Shown: piece after piece, positions 42,937-58,187 of the stretch
Numbering within the stretch: the first letter of the stretch is position 1
Layout: the number at the start of each line of letters is the position of its first letter
NCBI GenBank assembly: GCA_965153355.1
Contig: OZ231126.1
Span: forward strand, 34,472,001-34,536,000
Reading direction: 5' to 3'
DNA length: 64,000 nt
From: Flaccisagitta enflata
Taxonomy: Eukaryota
Position numbers and translations under genes: made by a program
Notes under the pieces: generated by a model
What the model saw: only the letters and a program-made list of their open reading frames with translations
Told to the model about the DNA's origin: nothing
Databases searched by the model: none

Positions 42937-45482
42937 ACTTTTTTGGCGTTTTAGAGCTTTTTGAGTGTACTGCTCCTGCCCATATGCTCTAGTGACCTTC
43001 TCCAACACTGCTCCTGCCCACCCACACGCGACTTGGGTAGCCACGTATCCGGCCTTGTTTTAAACAAGGACATTAGACCTAAGTCGTATGCGTCGGCACT
43101 TTCAAAAAAATTCAGGCAGACAGACAGACAAACAATCTTTTTTTCAAAAAGACATCTGAAATGGCTGTTTACTCCACAAAGTTCCTTCTTTACCATTCAG
43201 AAACACGATTTAAAAAGCTTTTAAAACAGTTTTGTTACTGACCAACAGATGGACCAACGGACCAACCAAAAAGTGGCTTATAGAGTCACGTAGCACGCAA
43301 CTACAAATGTTTAAGAAATCAATCCAAGTTCAGTATTCTAAGTGGTTTAGAAGCTAGAGCTCTGAATTGTTAAAAATGCATTTTTATAAAACAAGGCCGG
43401 ATACACAGCTACCCAATTCGCGTGGTGGGCAGGGGCCATATTTGAGGTCCCCAGGGCATTTGGGCAAGAGCAATACAGTCAAAGAATAACAAGGCCGGAT
43501 ACACGGCTAATACCATTTGCGGACGGGTGGGCAGGGGCAGAAATGCGCGTTTTCACAATTTCCAACTCAATCACCATGACGGACGGACCGACGGACAGAC
43601 AGACCGACGGACGGACCAACGGACAGACCGACGGACGGACGAACAAAGCCTCTTATAGAGTTGTGTGTCCGCAACTAAAAAACATAAAAAAGTAAAAAGT
43701 GACCAACAGACCAACCGACGGACAAAGCCGGGTGTAGAGTCGCGAAGCACGCGACTAAAAACTGAAATAAGTATTGTTTCCACTCAGATAAGGGGGCTGT
43801 TAAATTAGTATTCTTAATGTGTATACTGAATTAAAAAAAAAACAAATAACTTTTCTACCCTTTGCCTATGTAAACTGGCTAAGTCCTAGTAACATATTAC
43901 TACTTAAATAAGCTAATATCTCATAAACCAGACTTCAGAATTAATTCAAATTTTGCAGGTTTTTTTTACTACCCCCTTCTTGTATACCAAATTAGAAAAA
44001 AAATCACATACTTTTACTTCCCTCTACCTATGTAAACCACTTGAGTCCCAACTAGATATTACTACAAAATTAATAGGCAAAGGGTAGTAAAAGTTTATGA
44101 ATCGTTTTGAAAATTGGTACATTAGCTCCTATTGACCTAAAAAAACACCAGCAAAGTTTCATAAAATTCTAAAGTCTGGTTTAAAAGATATGAGAAGGTT
44201 TTAAACATCAGACAGACAGACAAACAAACAAACAAACAGACCACCACAAACAGGCTACTTCATAGTCACCAAAACTGCTCGTTGGGCACAAAAAATAAGA
44301 TTTTGCGCAGCTATCTTGATCAGAACCTTCTTCAGCATTGATTTGAAGTTAACAAAGAAAATATAGGGAAAATCTGTAGGACGGCTTGCATGTGATGGCA
44401 TAATTTGGAGGCTCACTGAAGGTTAAAAGTGATCAATATTTTTCATCAAAACTAACAAGACTATTCTATAGTAGTACTTTAACTATATCATTTGGAAAAA
44501 TCTCAATGCAAAATAATTTGAAAATTAAAAAACTTTCAGTCTACAGGTTTTTTCAAATTTTTCAGTTTTTTTTGGTCGCAGATTCACGACTTTAGAACTT
44601 GCTGTGTCGGTTGGTTGGTCCGTATGTCTGTCTGTCCAATGGACATTGGTCCATCGGTCAAATGTCTAACGATCCATCGGTCCAATGTCCATTGGTCCGC
44701 TGGTAACCAAAACAAATTGGGGCGTTTTTTTGTTTTCTGCTCCTGCCCATCTGCGACTGGGGGGAGTGTATACACTGTATACAGCCTTGTTTGTTGGGAA
44801 CATGCAACTCTATAAGAGTATTTTTCCATCCCTCCATCCGTTGGTCTGTCATGCTCGAGTTGAAATGCGAAAAAACGCGAAAAAAAGTGTTTTTGCGGGG
44901 TTCAATTGTACTCATCATCTTCCTCTACCCCTCATTCTTTTTTTGCCGCAGATACACGACTTTAAAACTTGCAATTTTGGTCGGTTAGTCGGTCAGTCAT
45001 TCTGTCGATGACTAAGTTGTTTTTCAAGGTTTTCCGCTCCTGTCCAGTGCCCACCAGTCCGCAACTGGGGGGGAAGTGTATAAGGCTTATCTTTTATCCT
45101 TTTTTCACTTTTTTTTCTTTTCTTTTTCTTTCTTCATTTTCTCTCCTACCTCTTCTTCTTATCATTCTCCTTCACCTCTTTTTCATCTTCATCTTCTTCT
45201 TTGCAACTACGTTTCTTTCTTTCTTCTTCTTCTTCTTCCCCATCTTCTTCTTCTTTTCATTCACCTCCTTTTCATCTTCTTCGCAACTATGTTTTTTCCT
45301 TTTTCTTCTTCTTCTTCTTCTTCTTCTTCTTCTTCTTCTTCTTCTTCTTCTTCTTCTTCTTCTTCTTCTTCTTCTTCTTCTTCTTCTTCTTTCTCTTCTT
45401 CTTTCCTTTTCCTCTTCCTTTCTGTCTGACTTACTCTCTGTCTCTGTCCGTGTTCCTGGTCATTGCTTGGAAGAAACTGATA

Positions 45483-45659
45483 CAGTTGAACCCCGCTCAA
45501 ACGGACCCGCTTTTAACGGAATTCCGTCTATAACAGATACTTATCCATGATTCCCATAACAAATTTTCTTCTATTTCTTTTGTTGGCTATAACAGAATTC
45601 CACCTAAAACAGATGAAATTTGTTGGTCCCCTGAAATCCGTTAGAGCGGGGTTCAACTG
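45483..45659. mobile_element. pogo/Tigger-like MITE
   Basis: TA|CAGTTGAACCCCGCTCAAACGGA ... TCCGTTAGAGCGGGGTTCAACTG|TA. Confidence 0.8.
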
Positions 45660-47126
45660 TACTTGAAAATTGTTAATTTAGGAGCGAGAAAAGTGGGTGG
45701 ACAAAATTATGTCTTTGCACAGAAAATGAAAAATTGAAATAATGAAAAACATAGTCGTCTTCTAAATTCAATTGCAGAGAGGGCTATGTTTTTGAAAATG
45801 CATAAAATATAATTTTGTAGCCGTTATATAATTTTGTCCAATGAAAATATTTTTTTCTAGGAATGTCAATTTCGCTTGTTTTCCGACAAATTTACTTCAT
45901 CCTGACGACAAATGTGGTATTCCGGCCATTGTCTCAGGCCAAGGTATATTACTAGGTTCTAATGCATCAATCTCAAGCAATCAGGGATTTTTTTGCTGTC
46001 ATGCTGACTTAAAATTCTTGTTTTTTTGTTGATTTATTTGGAAATACAAATCAACTTTGGAACCCGACCTCGCAATCAATACAATAAATTCTGTCAGTAT
46101 ATATCAATTTTGGTCCACGGCAGCCCTAACTTATACGCATCGGTATGTGAAAAGCATGTGCGATCAAAAATAGTCGCAAAAGCGTTAGATGGTCAGCGGT
46201 ACCCGTGCCCTGCCTAAGTAGGTTGTGGTTGAAGTTGAGGGGGGAGCAGGGCAGCGGCCCCGAAGGGGTCGATGACCTATGCTTTCACACATATGGGGGA
46301 TTTTCTCCTTCTTCTCCTCCTGAGTTTTGGGCCTCAAGGCCAGGATCTGGGCCTCTTGGCTGAGATTTTGACATTGAGGCTGAGATTTGGCCCTCAAGAC
46401 TGAAATCTGGGCCTCCAGGCTAGGATTTAGGCCTTGAGGCTAGGATTTGGGCCTTGAGGCTGGGATGTGGGCCTCAAAACTGGGATTTGAGCCTCGAGAC
46501 CGGAATTTGGTCCTCGAGACTGGGATTTGAGGGGGGGGGGACGTAGGAGGAGGAGGAGGAGAAGAAGGAGAAAATCCCCCATATGTGTGAAAGCATAGGT
46601 CATCGACCCCTTTGGGGCCGCTGCCCAAATAGGAGGAAAACATACATGCCTCTCGAGAAAAACAGTCTGAGAGCTGATGGCATCGCAAAAACTGTAACAC
46701 CATATTTGCTGTTTGAGCGTATTTTTCATCCATTTTTCGACATTTTTTGCCCATATATCCCGCTAAAGCATCCTTAGATTGCCATATGCACCCCCTGGGA
46801 GTACTATGGGAACCATTTAACACATTTACGGGATGATGGGTGGCATTTGGCTTCTATATCATATGCAAAATCATGGTGAGCTGAAGCTTTTTTTACTGAA
46901 AAGTAAGCCGTCGTAGCCTCGTAGGGGTTTCTTTTCCATTAATTTCTTTGAGACAGGCTTCTTGAACGCGCGACCGTTCTTTCAAGCCGAGTAGCAAATA
47001 GTTTCCAATAGAACCTGCCGAATGACACTTTTTTCTATCTTTGCTATACCTGTAATTTAAAATGGCAAGTAAACAAAAGATTGAAGTTTTTTTTTCAATC
47101 AACATGATCCATTAGGGCTGGTCATA

Positions 47127-47892
47127 CAGGGTCTTCAATCTCATTTGACACAAAAAGAACCTATGCTGTGCAAAAATGAATCAACTTTTTAATTTGATTT
47201 TTTTTTCTCCTAAAAGTACTGCATATGACGTTTTTTGTGTCCAAATTTCATGGTACTGGGTCAATTAGTTTAGGAGATAACCCATTTAGAAGTGTAAGAT
47301 GTCATAATGAGATGGGAGGTTTTGTTTGACTTTGTGGTTCTGACCATTCATCTTTAAACTGCTCTCATTTCTAAACGCCTTGAGCTACAGATGTGAGATT
47401 GGTCAAGAATGGCAGATAATTTCATATAGTTTTTGTATCTGAGAAAAACAATTCTTTGAAATTTCATCATGATCAACCAATATCCCTTTTATTGAAAAAA
47501 AATAATCTTTGATTGAGTTTTTGTAAGATTTTTGTCAAAATTTTGATAGTATTTGCCTGAAGTTCACTGTTCTGTGATAAAACCTGGCTATTTCTAACAT
47601 TGGGTTCTTAGCATTTATCACTTGACTCTAATCAAGCATCTGAATTTTGAAACACATTGAATTTTTTGCGTTTTTTAAGTCAAAATTTGCGAGAAAAACA
47701 TCATTTTTGTTGAATTCACTGCATAACTTCAAATATGGATTTCTGCTGAATTTCAAGACCCACTCCTATGAAAATTTGATACAAAAAACGTCATACATAG
47801 TGCTCTTATGAGAAAAAAAAATCAAACTGAAAAGTCAAATAGTTTTAGCACAATAAAGGTTCTTTTTGTGTCAAATGAGATTGAATGCCCTG
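47127..47892. mobile_element. Tc1/mariner-type MITE
   Basis: TA|CAGGGTCTTCAATCTCATTTGACACAAAAAGAACC ... GGTTCTTTTTGTGTCAAATGAGATTGAATGCCCTG|TA. Confidence 0.85.
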
Positions 47893-48440
47893 TATTGCCA
47901 ACCTTGATGTATCCTCATGTAAGTTGGCAAAAATACTCGAGTCGCTATTTGTGAAAGATTGAGACCTTGCGCGACCTTCAACTCCTTGTATCTTCTTCAT
48001 TGCTCACAAAATGAACAAAAAAACTTGAAAAAATTTTCACAGAATTCCGCTTTCGTTTGCAGCAATGCGGCAAAACGGTTTTTCCCCTGAATCTTCCCTA
48101 CGCCAGTTTTTAAATCAAGCGTTTTCAAGGCGCGCTTTTGTCACCTCAGTCTACGCACCATATCATTGCAGATAATGGATGATCATTTTGCTTTTTTGTT
48201 TATTTTTTAAGATAAACAACCCATTTTCATCGTAGGGAGAAACTACCTCGTACCGTTCTCCTTTCTCCCCTATATTTTCTTACCCCCAATTGTCTTTCTT
48301 TATTACCCCCATTTGCACTCCCTCATATCCCTCATTCACTTACCCCCATAACCCTCATTCAGTTTCCCGATTCCTCCCCCCTTTCAATTCCCCCTTTTAA
48401 AGTTTTTTTCCCCTGCTCTGTTTCCCCTGGCATTAAAAAA

Positions 48441-48523
48441 TGCTGCCTGTGGGATTCGAACCCACAATGCATCGCAATGTTTGGACTCTCACCGCGATGC
48501 TCTAACCATTATACTATGGGAGC
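48441..48523 (-). pseudogene. tRNA-like sequence (tRNA pseudogene or tRNA-derived repeat head)
   Basis: Minus strand has an A-box-like TAGTATAATGG and a B-box GGTTCGAATCCC. Acceptor and anticodon stems are imperfect. Confidence 0.5.
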
Positions 48524-48834
48524 ACATGTTTTGTCACTGGCGACAAAAGAATATAAATCTAAAAGAGATAATGAGACCAGAACTGAGATGGAAGAGAGTT
48601 GCGATTTTTATTTTTCGATTCAATTCATTCAATTGGAAAGGTCACAAGTTCGCGTCCAGCTGGTCGCTGGACTTTTTTTTCTCTCCATGATCGATCAGGG
48701 TTGGTTTTGGATGCTTTTCTATCGCATTCACATATTATGCTGGCAAAACGAACAAAGCAAAACATTAAAAAGCACAACAAAACATTAGAAAATATAAGGA
48801 AAAACATTAGGAAATGTTGGAAAACAATCAACCC

Positions 48835-49560
48835 CACGTGACACAACTGCGCGTGACCCATAACAGCTGCGCATTACGCGTGACAGCCGCGCGTGACGCG
48901 TAACAGCCACGCGTGCCGCATAACAGCCTCGCGTGACGCGTAACAGCCGCGCGTGACACGTAGAAGCCGCGCGTGACACGTAGCAGCCGCGCGTTACACG
49001 GAGCAGCCGCGCGTGTAGCGTAACAGCCGCGCATGGCCCGTAACAGCATCACGCAACAGAAGCCCGTGATGTATAACAGCCCCTCATGATTAGGCCGATG
49101 GTGATGCGCAGAAGCCACACATGATGCTTAACAGACGTGTAACAGCTGCGCGTAACGCGTAACAGCGGGCTTCAGTGACCCAATCCTGGCCTCAGTGACC
49201 CAATCCTGGCCTCAGCGACCCATTCCCGGCCTCAGCGACCCATTCCCGGCCTCAGCGACCTAATCCCGGCCTCAGCGACCTTATCCCGGCCTCAGCGACC
49301 TAATCCCGGCCTCAGCGACCTAATCCCGGCCTCAGCGACCTAATCCCGGCCTCAGCGACCTAATCCCGGCCTCAGCGACCTAATCCCGGCCTCAGCGACC
49401 TAATCCCGGCCTCAGCGACCTAATCCCGCAGCGACCTAATCCCGGCCTCAGCGACCTAATCCCGGCCTCAGCGACCTAATCCCGGCCTCAGCGACCTAAT
49501 CCCGGCCTCAGCGACCTAATCCCGGCCTCAGCGACCTAATCCCGGCCTCAACGACTTTAT
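48835..49560. repeat. Two adjacent CpG-rich 20-bp minisatellites: degenerate (CGCGTGACGCGTAACAGCCG)n, then (CCTCAGCGACCTAATCCCGG)n
   Basis: Seen directly. Confidence 0.9.
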
Positions 49561-49842
49561 TCAGGTCTCAGTGACCTATTTCTGACTGTAAGGACCTGTT
49601 TCTACACCCAACAATTGAGTTTTAATGAGCCAATGGTCGCTGGCTGCGTTCGTTCGCTGGCTCGCACAGCTTACCCCGCCCCATTGGTCACACCTGTGTG
49701 AAAACGCGGTTGTGAACTTGTGATACTGTTTGTCTTTTGTGTTTGTGTGTGTGGGGGGCGGGGATTGTATGCCCCTGCCGACGCTTTAGCGACATTGTAA
49801 CCCGCGCTACTTTTTTTGTACACATGACAGCGAAAAAAATGT

Positions 49843-49879
<37 letters not shown>

Positions 49880-49969
49880 CCTGGACCTGATGGAACTCAG
49901 ACTTGGCAATTTTTTTATCTTCAAAATTGGCGGTACGCGGACCTATTTTGAGACCTTCTCCATCCACAC

Positions 49970-50047
<78 letters not shown>

Positions 50048-50059
50048 CGAACACACACA

Positions 50060-50111
<52 letters not shown>

Positions 50112-52818
50112 AGTGCGTTTCCGTTGGACAGATGACAACGCGAAATATTGGATACAGTAGTGGCTTTACTCACCTCGCGGTTCACGAATGTTTAATCTTT
50201 CGTGAATCACCAACGTTTGTGAACCACAAACGTTCGTAAATGACGATCGTTCACGAACGTTCGTGAATCATGAATGTTATGAATTCATTCGCCAACGGTC
50301 TGAAATCCCAGTTGCAAATATCCCAACAAATAAAAAAAGGACCCATCATAAATTTTTGTACAGAGGTCCTAAAAAAGATGTAGAATAAGAATATGTTTAT
50401 TTTGGCCAAACTTGGGCCCTAAAAATTGGAATTTTTTTTGTGGTAAAGAATGCTTCATGGAAAAGTTAGCTGAAAAAACACCATTTATTTTTCTCATAAT
50501 AGTATTTTTTAGTATTTTTTTTTACACAAAAAATGTTTTTATTTTTTAGGCTCAAGTTCGGTGGAAAAAGTTATCTTGTTCTTGTTCTATACCCTTTTTA
50601 GGACTCATATGCAAACAAGGCCAGATACACGGTTAATACCAGTCGCGGACGGGTGGGCAGGGGCGGAGATGCATGTTTTCCCACTCTTTGACTCATGCTG
50701 ACGGATGGATGGACCAACGGACCAACGGACCGACGGACCGACGGACCGACGGACCGATAGACTGATGGACCAACAAAGCCTCTTATAGTCGCTAATCCGC
50801 GACTAAAAAAATTGATATGGGTCCATTTTTATTATTCAAACCCTAAAAATTTAGATTTTTGATGAATGGATTCCTGACCATCAACTCATGAGACTAAGAT
50901 AGTAAGATGAGAAGCGTGTAAATGCATGCATGAGGGGAATGCAGACATGAGAAAGCGTACAAATGTATGAACTAATGAGTGAGTGTGAAAATGCACCACG
51001 AGCGAGCGTACAAATGCACGTACAAGCGAGTGTGCATATGCACATATGAGCAAGCATGCCAACACACGCACAAGCGAGCATGCAAATGCACATATGAGCA
51101 AGCGGGCAAATGCACACTTGAGCTTACCACCCCTGCCGAGCCTCGTTACGATCCTACCCAGTAGTACCCACCCATTAACTCTCCCTGCCCCCCCCCCCCC
51201 CCATAGAACCACCGCACATCTGTAAGTGGTCATAGGTCTAGTATCCATCGCGACTCCTTTTGGAGGCTTTGACCGTCAGTCTGTCGGTCGATCCGTCCAT
51301 CTGTGATGATTGTGTTAAATCGTGGAAACTCGCATTTGCTACGAGTTTAGGTACTGCGGTTGTGTGCATGTGTGGAAGGGGAGGAGTGAAACGGGGGATG
51401 AATGTCCTTGTCCATCCGTCCGTGAGGAATGCAATATTAAAAAAAAAAAAAAGAATTGAGTTTCAACATTTATTCAATCTAAAGATTCCATTAAAAATTG
51501 TTTTTGGAAAAAATGCAGACTAGCAAAACATAGACATGACAATGATTAGAATGCGTAAAACTGATAGGCTAGCTTCAAAGCTGTCGCAATTCCTCAAAGA
51601 GCAACGCTCTCACCTTTATGGAGAATTTTCTCCTCCTCCATCTTCTTCTTTTTCTTCTAAGCCCCCCCCCCCCCGCTGCCCTGCACCCTCTCTAAAACTC
51701 AATCACAGACTACTCCAGCAGGGTACGGGTACCGCTGACCATCTGATGCTTTTGCGGCTATTGTCTGTTGCTCTTTACCGGTTTAAGACGGCAAATGTTT
51801 GAAGGAAAATGAAGTGTTTCACCATACTTTTTGCATCATTATCAGGACAAGAATCAAGCTGGAATGCTTTTAGTGGACAAATTGGTAACACCAACTAAAC
51901 TTTGTCCTATTGCTAAATAAATGCAAATTTTTCTATAAGATATTATGTCTGAGCTATCTCATATCTCATACAAGAGTCTGTTTCTAAAGTAGCTTAGAGT
52001 GAAAAGAAAATTCGTAGCAAACAGCTTAGGAATTATTATTTGTTGGAAAAAAATATAAATGGAACCAGCGAAAAGGAAATGCGCCAGGGCTCAAGTTTTC
52101 GGCAACTAATCAAGAAAAGAACTACAGTGTTGATACGGATTTTGCTAAGGTATCTTACCCGTGAACTCCGGTGGGTAAGGAGTGACTTTAACTGAAGCGT
52201 TTTTTTCAACAACTTGCGCTCATGGAATCAATTCCCCTACAATCATGCTCAACTTGCTGAATATAATGGCCCATGATCACACGAACTAAGATAGGTGGAA
52301 AACGTTGTGGTAAAAATGTATTATTGGGCGTTAAACTAATTTTTATCACTACCTTTTCGTTTAGTTACCTAAAAAAATTTTTGGAGCATTGATTATGCTC
52401 AGAATACTTATCCATTCAACATAAAATGAAAAAAAGATTTTTGAAATTTCCGACCCAAAAAATCTCTGATGTCAATCACTTTTATTCACTTAATTTTTTA
52501 TTTTCATTTATACGTTTTTTCCATTTTGACTTTCTTTGAAACACAAAAGTTGCCTTTGGAGGGACGCCGTCTTAAACAGTTCATTTCATTTGTCCATCAA
52601 CGCTACTGCAGCTCTCGCCCCTGATTCCGCTTCCCCCGAGGTCGCTTCTGCCGCTGCTACTTCCGCTGCTTTTGCTTCTGTCTAAGCAGCTTCCGCCCTT
52701 TCGGCCATTTCGCCTGCTTCCGCTTCCTCTACTTTGTCGAGCACTCGCGCTAATGGTTTCAGCAAAAAGTTCCTTAAAAAAGAAAATAAGTGACACAAGA
52801 TTACCGTACAAGCATGCG

Positions 52819-52907
<89 letters not shown>

Positions 52908-54288
52908 GTTGCACCATGATCACGCGAATCTAAACTTTTTAGCTGCGGACACGCAACTCTATAAGTGGCTTTGTCCGTCCGTTGGTCCATCCATCCTTCG
53001 GTCCATTGGTCCATAATGATCGAGTCGGAAAGTGGAAAATTTGAGTGTTTCAGATACTTTTTGGGCAGCGGCCCCAAAGGGCCGATGTCCTGTAGAACAC
53101 AGAGGGGAATTTCCAGATGTTCGTCCATCCGTCCCCCCCCCAGTTGACCATCAAGGCCTCATATTTGCCCTCCCAACCCTCAATTTAGCCCTCCAGGCCT
53201 CAAATTTTCCTTCCTGGCTTCAAATCAGCCCCCCTCCCAGCCTCAAATGTGACCTGCAGACTTCAAATCAGCCCTCCGTGGCTCAAATCTGCCCTCCAAA
53301 CCTCAAATCAGCTCTCCAAGCCTTAATTCTGCCCTCCTGCTCTCAAATATGCCTTAAGTGGCCTAAGTCAGGCCTCAAATACGTCCCCTCAGGACGTCTG
53401 GAAATTCCCCCTTGTGTTCTACAGGACATCGGCCCTTTAAGGCCGCTGCCCTGCTCTTGCTCCACTTCTTTTCTGGATCACTCCAAGCAGGGCATCGGAT
53501 ACCGCTGACCGTGTGCGATCCTTGGATGACTTGTTATGTATCTTTGTGGGGGGGGGGTGAGAGGAGGGAGATTGGGTGTGAATGAGGTTGGAAAGCCCTG
53601 CCCACCCGTACGCGACAATATTGTGACCCCACATCATTTGTTAACTTTTCCGTTTTGGATCCATGGGCCACAGACTGAGCCACAGACACACAGATGGATG
53701 GACGGACAAAGCCTTTTTTAGAGTCGCGAGTCTGCGACTAAAAATTGCATCATTGTTGGTAACAACATCATCCTCGTCATTATCATCGTTGACTGCATCA
53801 TCATCATCATCTTCAGCATCAGCATAAGTATTGTCATCATCGGCAGCATCATTGATAGCCATCAAATCATGATGGCATCACTTTTTATAACGGCAACATT
53901 GTTGTGTTGTCACTGTTGGTGTCGTTGTCTCCGTTGTTGCCAAAATTATTGTCGTTTTTGTTATTTTCTCATTGTCGTTGTAATGCTTTTATCTTTCATT
54001 ACGTCGTCATTGTCATTTTATTGTCATCGATCGTCATTATCGTTTTATCGTCATTGTTATTGTTGTATCGACGTCATTGTTGTTGTCTTTTTGTTGTCGT
54101 CATCGTCGTCGTATTTTTGTTGTGTTTTTGTCGTTGTTGTCGTCTTATTGACGTCGTTGTTCTATCATCGTCGATTTATTGTCATTCTTGTCATTTTATC
54201 GTTGACCTTGTTGTTGTCATCTTATCATCACCGTCTCATTGTCGTCTAATGGTCATCTTATGTTGATGATGCCGTTGTTGTTGTTGTT

Positions 54289-54409
<121 letters not shown>

Positions 54410-56304
54410 CACCTCATTGACGGAATCCATCCACCCCAAACAACTATTGATGACGTCGCTGAATAACTTTTTGCTCCCCGAACTGCTAAAGAATGACAAA
54501 AACGAATTCAGCCATTCCGTATCCAAAGAATTGGTTCAAGTTTTTACGCTGTAACTCGTGTGTGCATCAATTTTACCCGTATACAAAAGTGCCATGTTAT
54601 TCTCCATTCGATGGGCCATTAGCACAATCCACTCAGAAATTTGAACACAACATCACGTTCGTTTTAATTCCACTTTTCATCGCACCCCCCAAAAAATTCG
54701 TCGGTTTTTGCGCTTCTAAAGAGCAAAATGCGGTAAACGTTCTGTGTAACTGAAAGTCTAACGAGATTGCTCTTTTTCTCAGATGGGGTGGGCAGGGGCA
54801 GCTATTGTCTTATAGAGTAGGTCACTCGGGCATTTGGGCAGGAACGGTGAGCTCAAAATGTTAAAAAACGCTGAACCGACCAACCAACCAACCGACGGAC
54901 AGACGGACAAAGGGGGGTATAGGGTCGCGTAGCACGCAACTAAAAATTGCCTCTTTTTTTTATTACCTTTTCAGGTGCGCCATAGCACCTCTATAAGAGG
55001 CTCTGTCTGTTGGTTGGTTGGTTGGTCACGCTCGAGTTGTAAGAAGCAAAAATCACTGGAAATAAGTCAGAAATATGCTAGGATGATTTTTAGATGCAGT
55101 GGGGTCCAGAATGTCGATGGAATATCACAGGCGATTTGAGGAATGATATCTTGGGGTTTTGGACCCGTAGAATCCGATTCTGAGGTCAAAAATGGCCAAA
55201 TCTGGCGGGATCCCCTCCCACACTCGGCCCTGATTGAGCATATAGGCCCCGGAGTGAGCATTTCAACCATTTTTTTTTCTATTTGAGCTTGTTAATGGGA
55301 AACCACTTCTATTTTTTCATGTTAATCAATTAATATAAAGCAGTAGAATTCATTGGTGATGGCCTGAGGGATCTTTGACTACCATTTTTGGTGCAGCCGG
55401 CCCTAAACAAGCATTGTTGGCCCTTAAATGAGCATAATTTGATAAAATTTGGCTCACTTTCAATATTTTGCCCTTTGAGCAAACAACCATTTCAATTTAA
55501 TAAATGCAGCATTTCTATCTTTCATGTGAATGACAAGCTATTTTAGATGACCTATTTTACAATGTGTCCGTCTGTCTGTTGGTCTGTCTGTCTATCTATC
55601 TAAATTTATCTTACTGCACCTCTTGGTGTTAATTCCTTCTAGAACTCATTTTTCGCCTTCGCACTAAGTTAGCAGGGGACATGTAGAGAGGAAAATGAAA
55701 TCATAGACTCAGAATTACACATGGACATATTGACAGCAAAATGCGCAGACACACAGGTAAACAGACTGACAGGTTAACAGACATACATACTGACAGAAAG
55801 AAAGAAAGCCAGATTGACCAATTATCAACCTTACGCGTGCCTCTTTTTGTTCTGAGACAAATGGACAAGAGCAGACAGATGAGATGGATGTACATTTTTT
55901 GAAAATCTCAGGAACACATTCAGAAAGTCACATTTCACGGTACACTTCATGATAGACTATTACCTCGCTGCCCCTGCCCACCTTTACGCAATGGCCCCAG
56001 ACCACCCGCAAGGTGGCAGAAACGGGGCAGGCTATGTGTCGGAACTATAGATACCAAGTTGAACTTTTAGATTTGAGGAAAAAGAAGGCCCAATACACGG
56101 CGAACCCAGTTGCCTGCGGGTGGGCAGGGGCAGTATTCTAGTCACTGGAGCATTTGGGCAGGAGCAGTGGGGCTAAAGACTGCAAAGATATTTTAAAAAG
56201 TCAAATGGGGACCAACCGACTGACCGACAGACGGATGGATGGACAATGCGGGATGTAGAGTCGCGTAGCACACAACTATAAAGAGAAAAAGAAAAAAAAG
56301 AAAA

Positions 56305-56613
56305 AACAAGGCCGGATACACGGCCATCAGTTGCGGACGGGTGGGCAGGGGCGGATATGCGCGTTTTCCCACTTTTCGACTCGATGGTTACGGACGGACG
56401 GACGGACGGACAAAGCCTCTTATAGAGTTGCGTGTCCGCAACTAAAAAGAAAACAAGGCCGGATACACGGCCTTACCAGTTGCGGACGGGTGGGCAGGGG
56501 AGGAAATATACCATTGCACACTTTTCAACTTGTGCACACCGATGGACCAAGGGACCGATGGACGGACCGACGGATGGACAAAGGCTCTTATAGAGTTGCG
56601 TGTCCGCAACTAA
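56305..56613 (-). mobile_element. Two adjacent HINE/DINE-1-like repeats (family 1; many copies across the window)
   Basis: Read on the minus strand: T-run, AGTTGCGGAC sub-TIR, (CCGT)n microsatellite, GTCCGCAACT inverted copy, GGCCG-TGTAT-CCGGCC stem-loop, TTGTT. Relatives at about 610-748, 30060-30258, 32140-32360, 39938-40094, 43490-43680, 50613-50810 and 62582-62780. Confidence 0.65.
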
Positions 56614-57746
56614 ACAGAGAGAGAGAAAAAAAAAAGGTAAGAGCCTACTCTGGCGCCAGAACCTAGTTTTTGAAAGATGGCAGTCATGGAACCAATATTT
56701 GAAACAAGCCCGGATACACAGGCTAAGACGGTGCACCAGCGTTATTAATTCTTAGACCTATACTGAGCCCTATCAGACCTATCTCAAGCTCTATCAGTCC
56801 TAACTGTAGCAGAATATGATAACAAATGAAATGACTAGTAACTTGAATGAAGATTGAGATGAGTTTTTCTGAGATTTTAAACATTTTCTGCGATTTTTCA
56901 CTCTAGAATGACAAACTGACTGACGGACCCGCTCTGAGACCTAACCGTAGTTGAATATGAGGATGAATGAAATGACGATCAACATGAATAATGAATGACA
57001 TGAGTTCTTTTGAGATTTCAAACATTTTCTGCGATTTTTCACTCTAGGACAAACCGACCAACGGACTCGCTCTATGAGACCTAACCGTAGCTGAATGTGA
57101 TAAAGAATGAAATGACGAGTAACATGAATGATGTTCGAGTTGAGTTTTCAAGAGATTTTAAACATTTTATGCAATTTTCAACTCGAGCGTGACCGACCAC
57201 CGACCGACAGACAGAGCCTCTTATAGAGGTGCTATGGCGCACCTGAAAACCAACAAAATTCGTTTTTTGATTTTTATGATAGCCAATTAGCCATTGAATC
57301 ACTGAAACAAATAATTCACTTTGTCCTCTACTTTCTGGAAATAGAAGACTCCATGATTGGTGACATTCAAGATCGTGACTCAATTTACAAGGCTGGATAC
57401 ACAGCTTACCCAGTCGCGTAAAGTCACCACAGCAGGAGCAGTGAGGCAAAAAAACGCAAAACATAAAAAAGTAAAACATGACGGACCATCCAACGGATGA
57501 ACAAAGTTGGATGCGGAGTTGCGAAGCAAGCGGCTAATAATGCTTTGATACAAGATCCTATCGCAAGAAATGGACTAAAACCACTAGCCTCGTCGGTAGA
57601 GCCGCGCGAGTTAATCGAAAAGTACAATTGGATGACAATTTTGTCTTACTAATCGATGACAGGTTTTGCATCTTAGAAACCGCCAACAATCGGTTATTTG
57701 CCTGCCTCTACCAACTCACATGCCAATCTGACATTCAGTCTCTGTT

Positions 57747-57816
<70 letters not shown>

Positions 57817-58110
57817 CGCCAAATACTAGGTTCCAGGGTCAGTAAGTCCATTGGTCTCTCTCTTATGGTCCGTGACTTCAACAATACATTTCCGATTTTC
57901 GTAAAACATATGGCCAGGTGTTCTCCGTTATTCATCCATCTCGCTCGCTCGCTCGCGTCTCTGTCAATTAATGAACAAGGCCAAGTAGGCCAATAGGTGC
58001 GACGTGTGGATCGTTGAACGAATGCGTTACAGACCAACAGACCGACAGACCGACCAACAGACACAGCCAGTTATAGAGGTGCTTTGTCGCACCTAAAAAC
58101 ATCGTCTCCC

Positions 58111-58187
<77 letters not shown>

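Noticed and set aside
48441-48523. Functional tRNA gene
   Set aside because: A and B boxes are present but the acceptor and anticodon stems pair poorly, so it is kept only as tRNA-like. tRNAscan-SE would decide.
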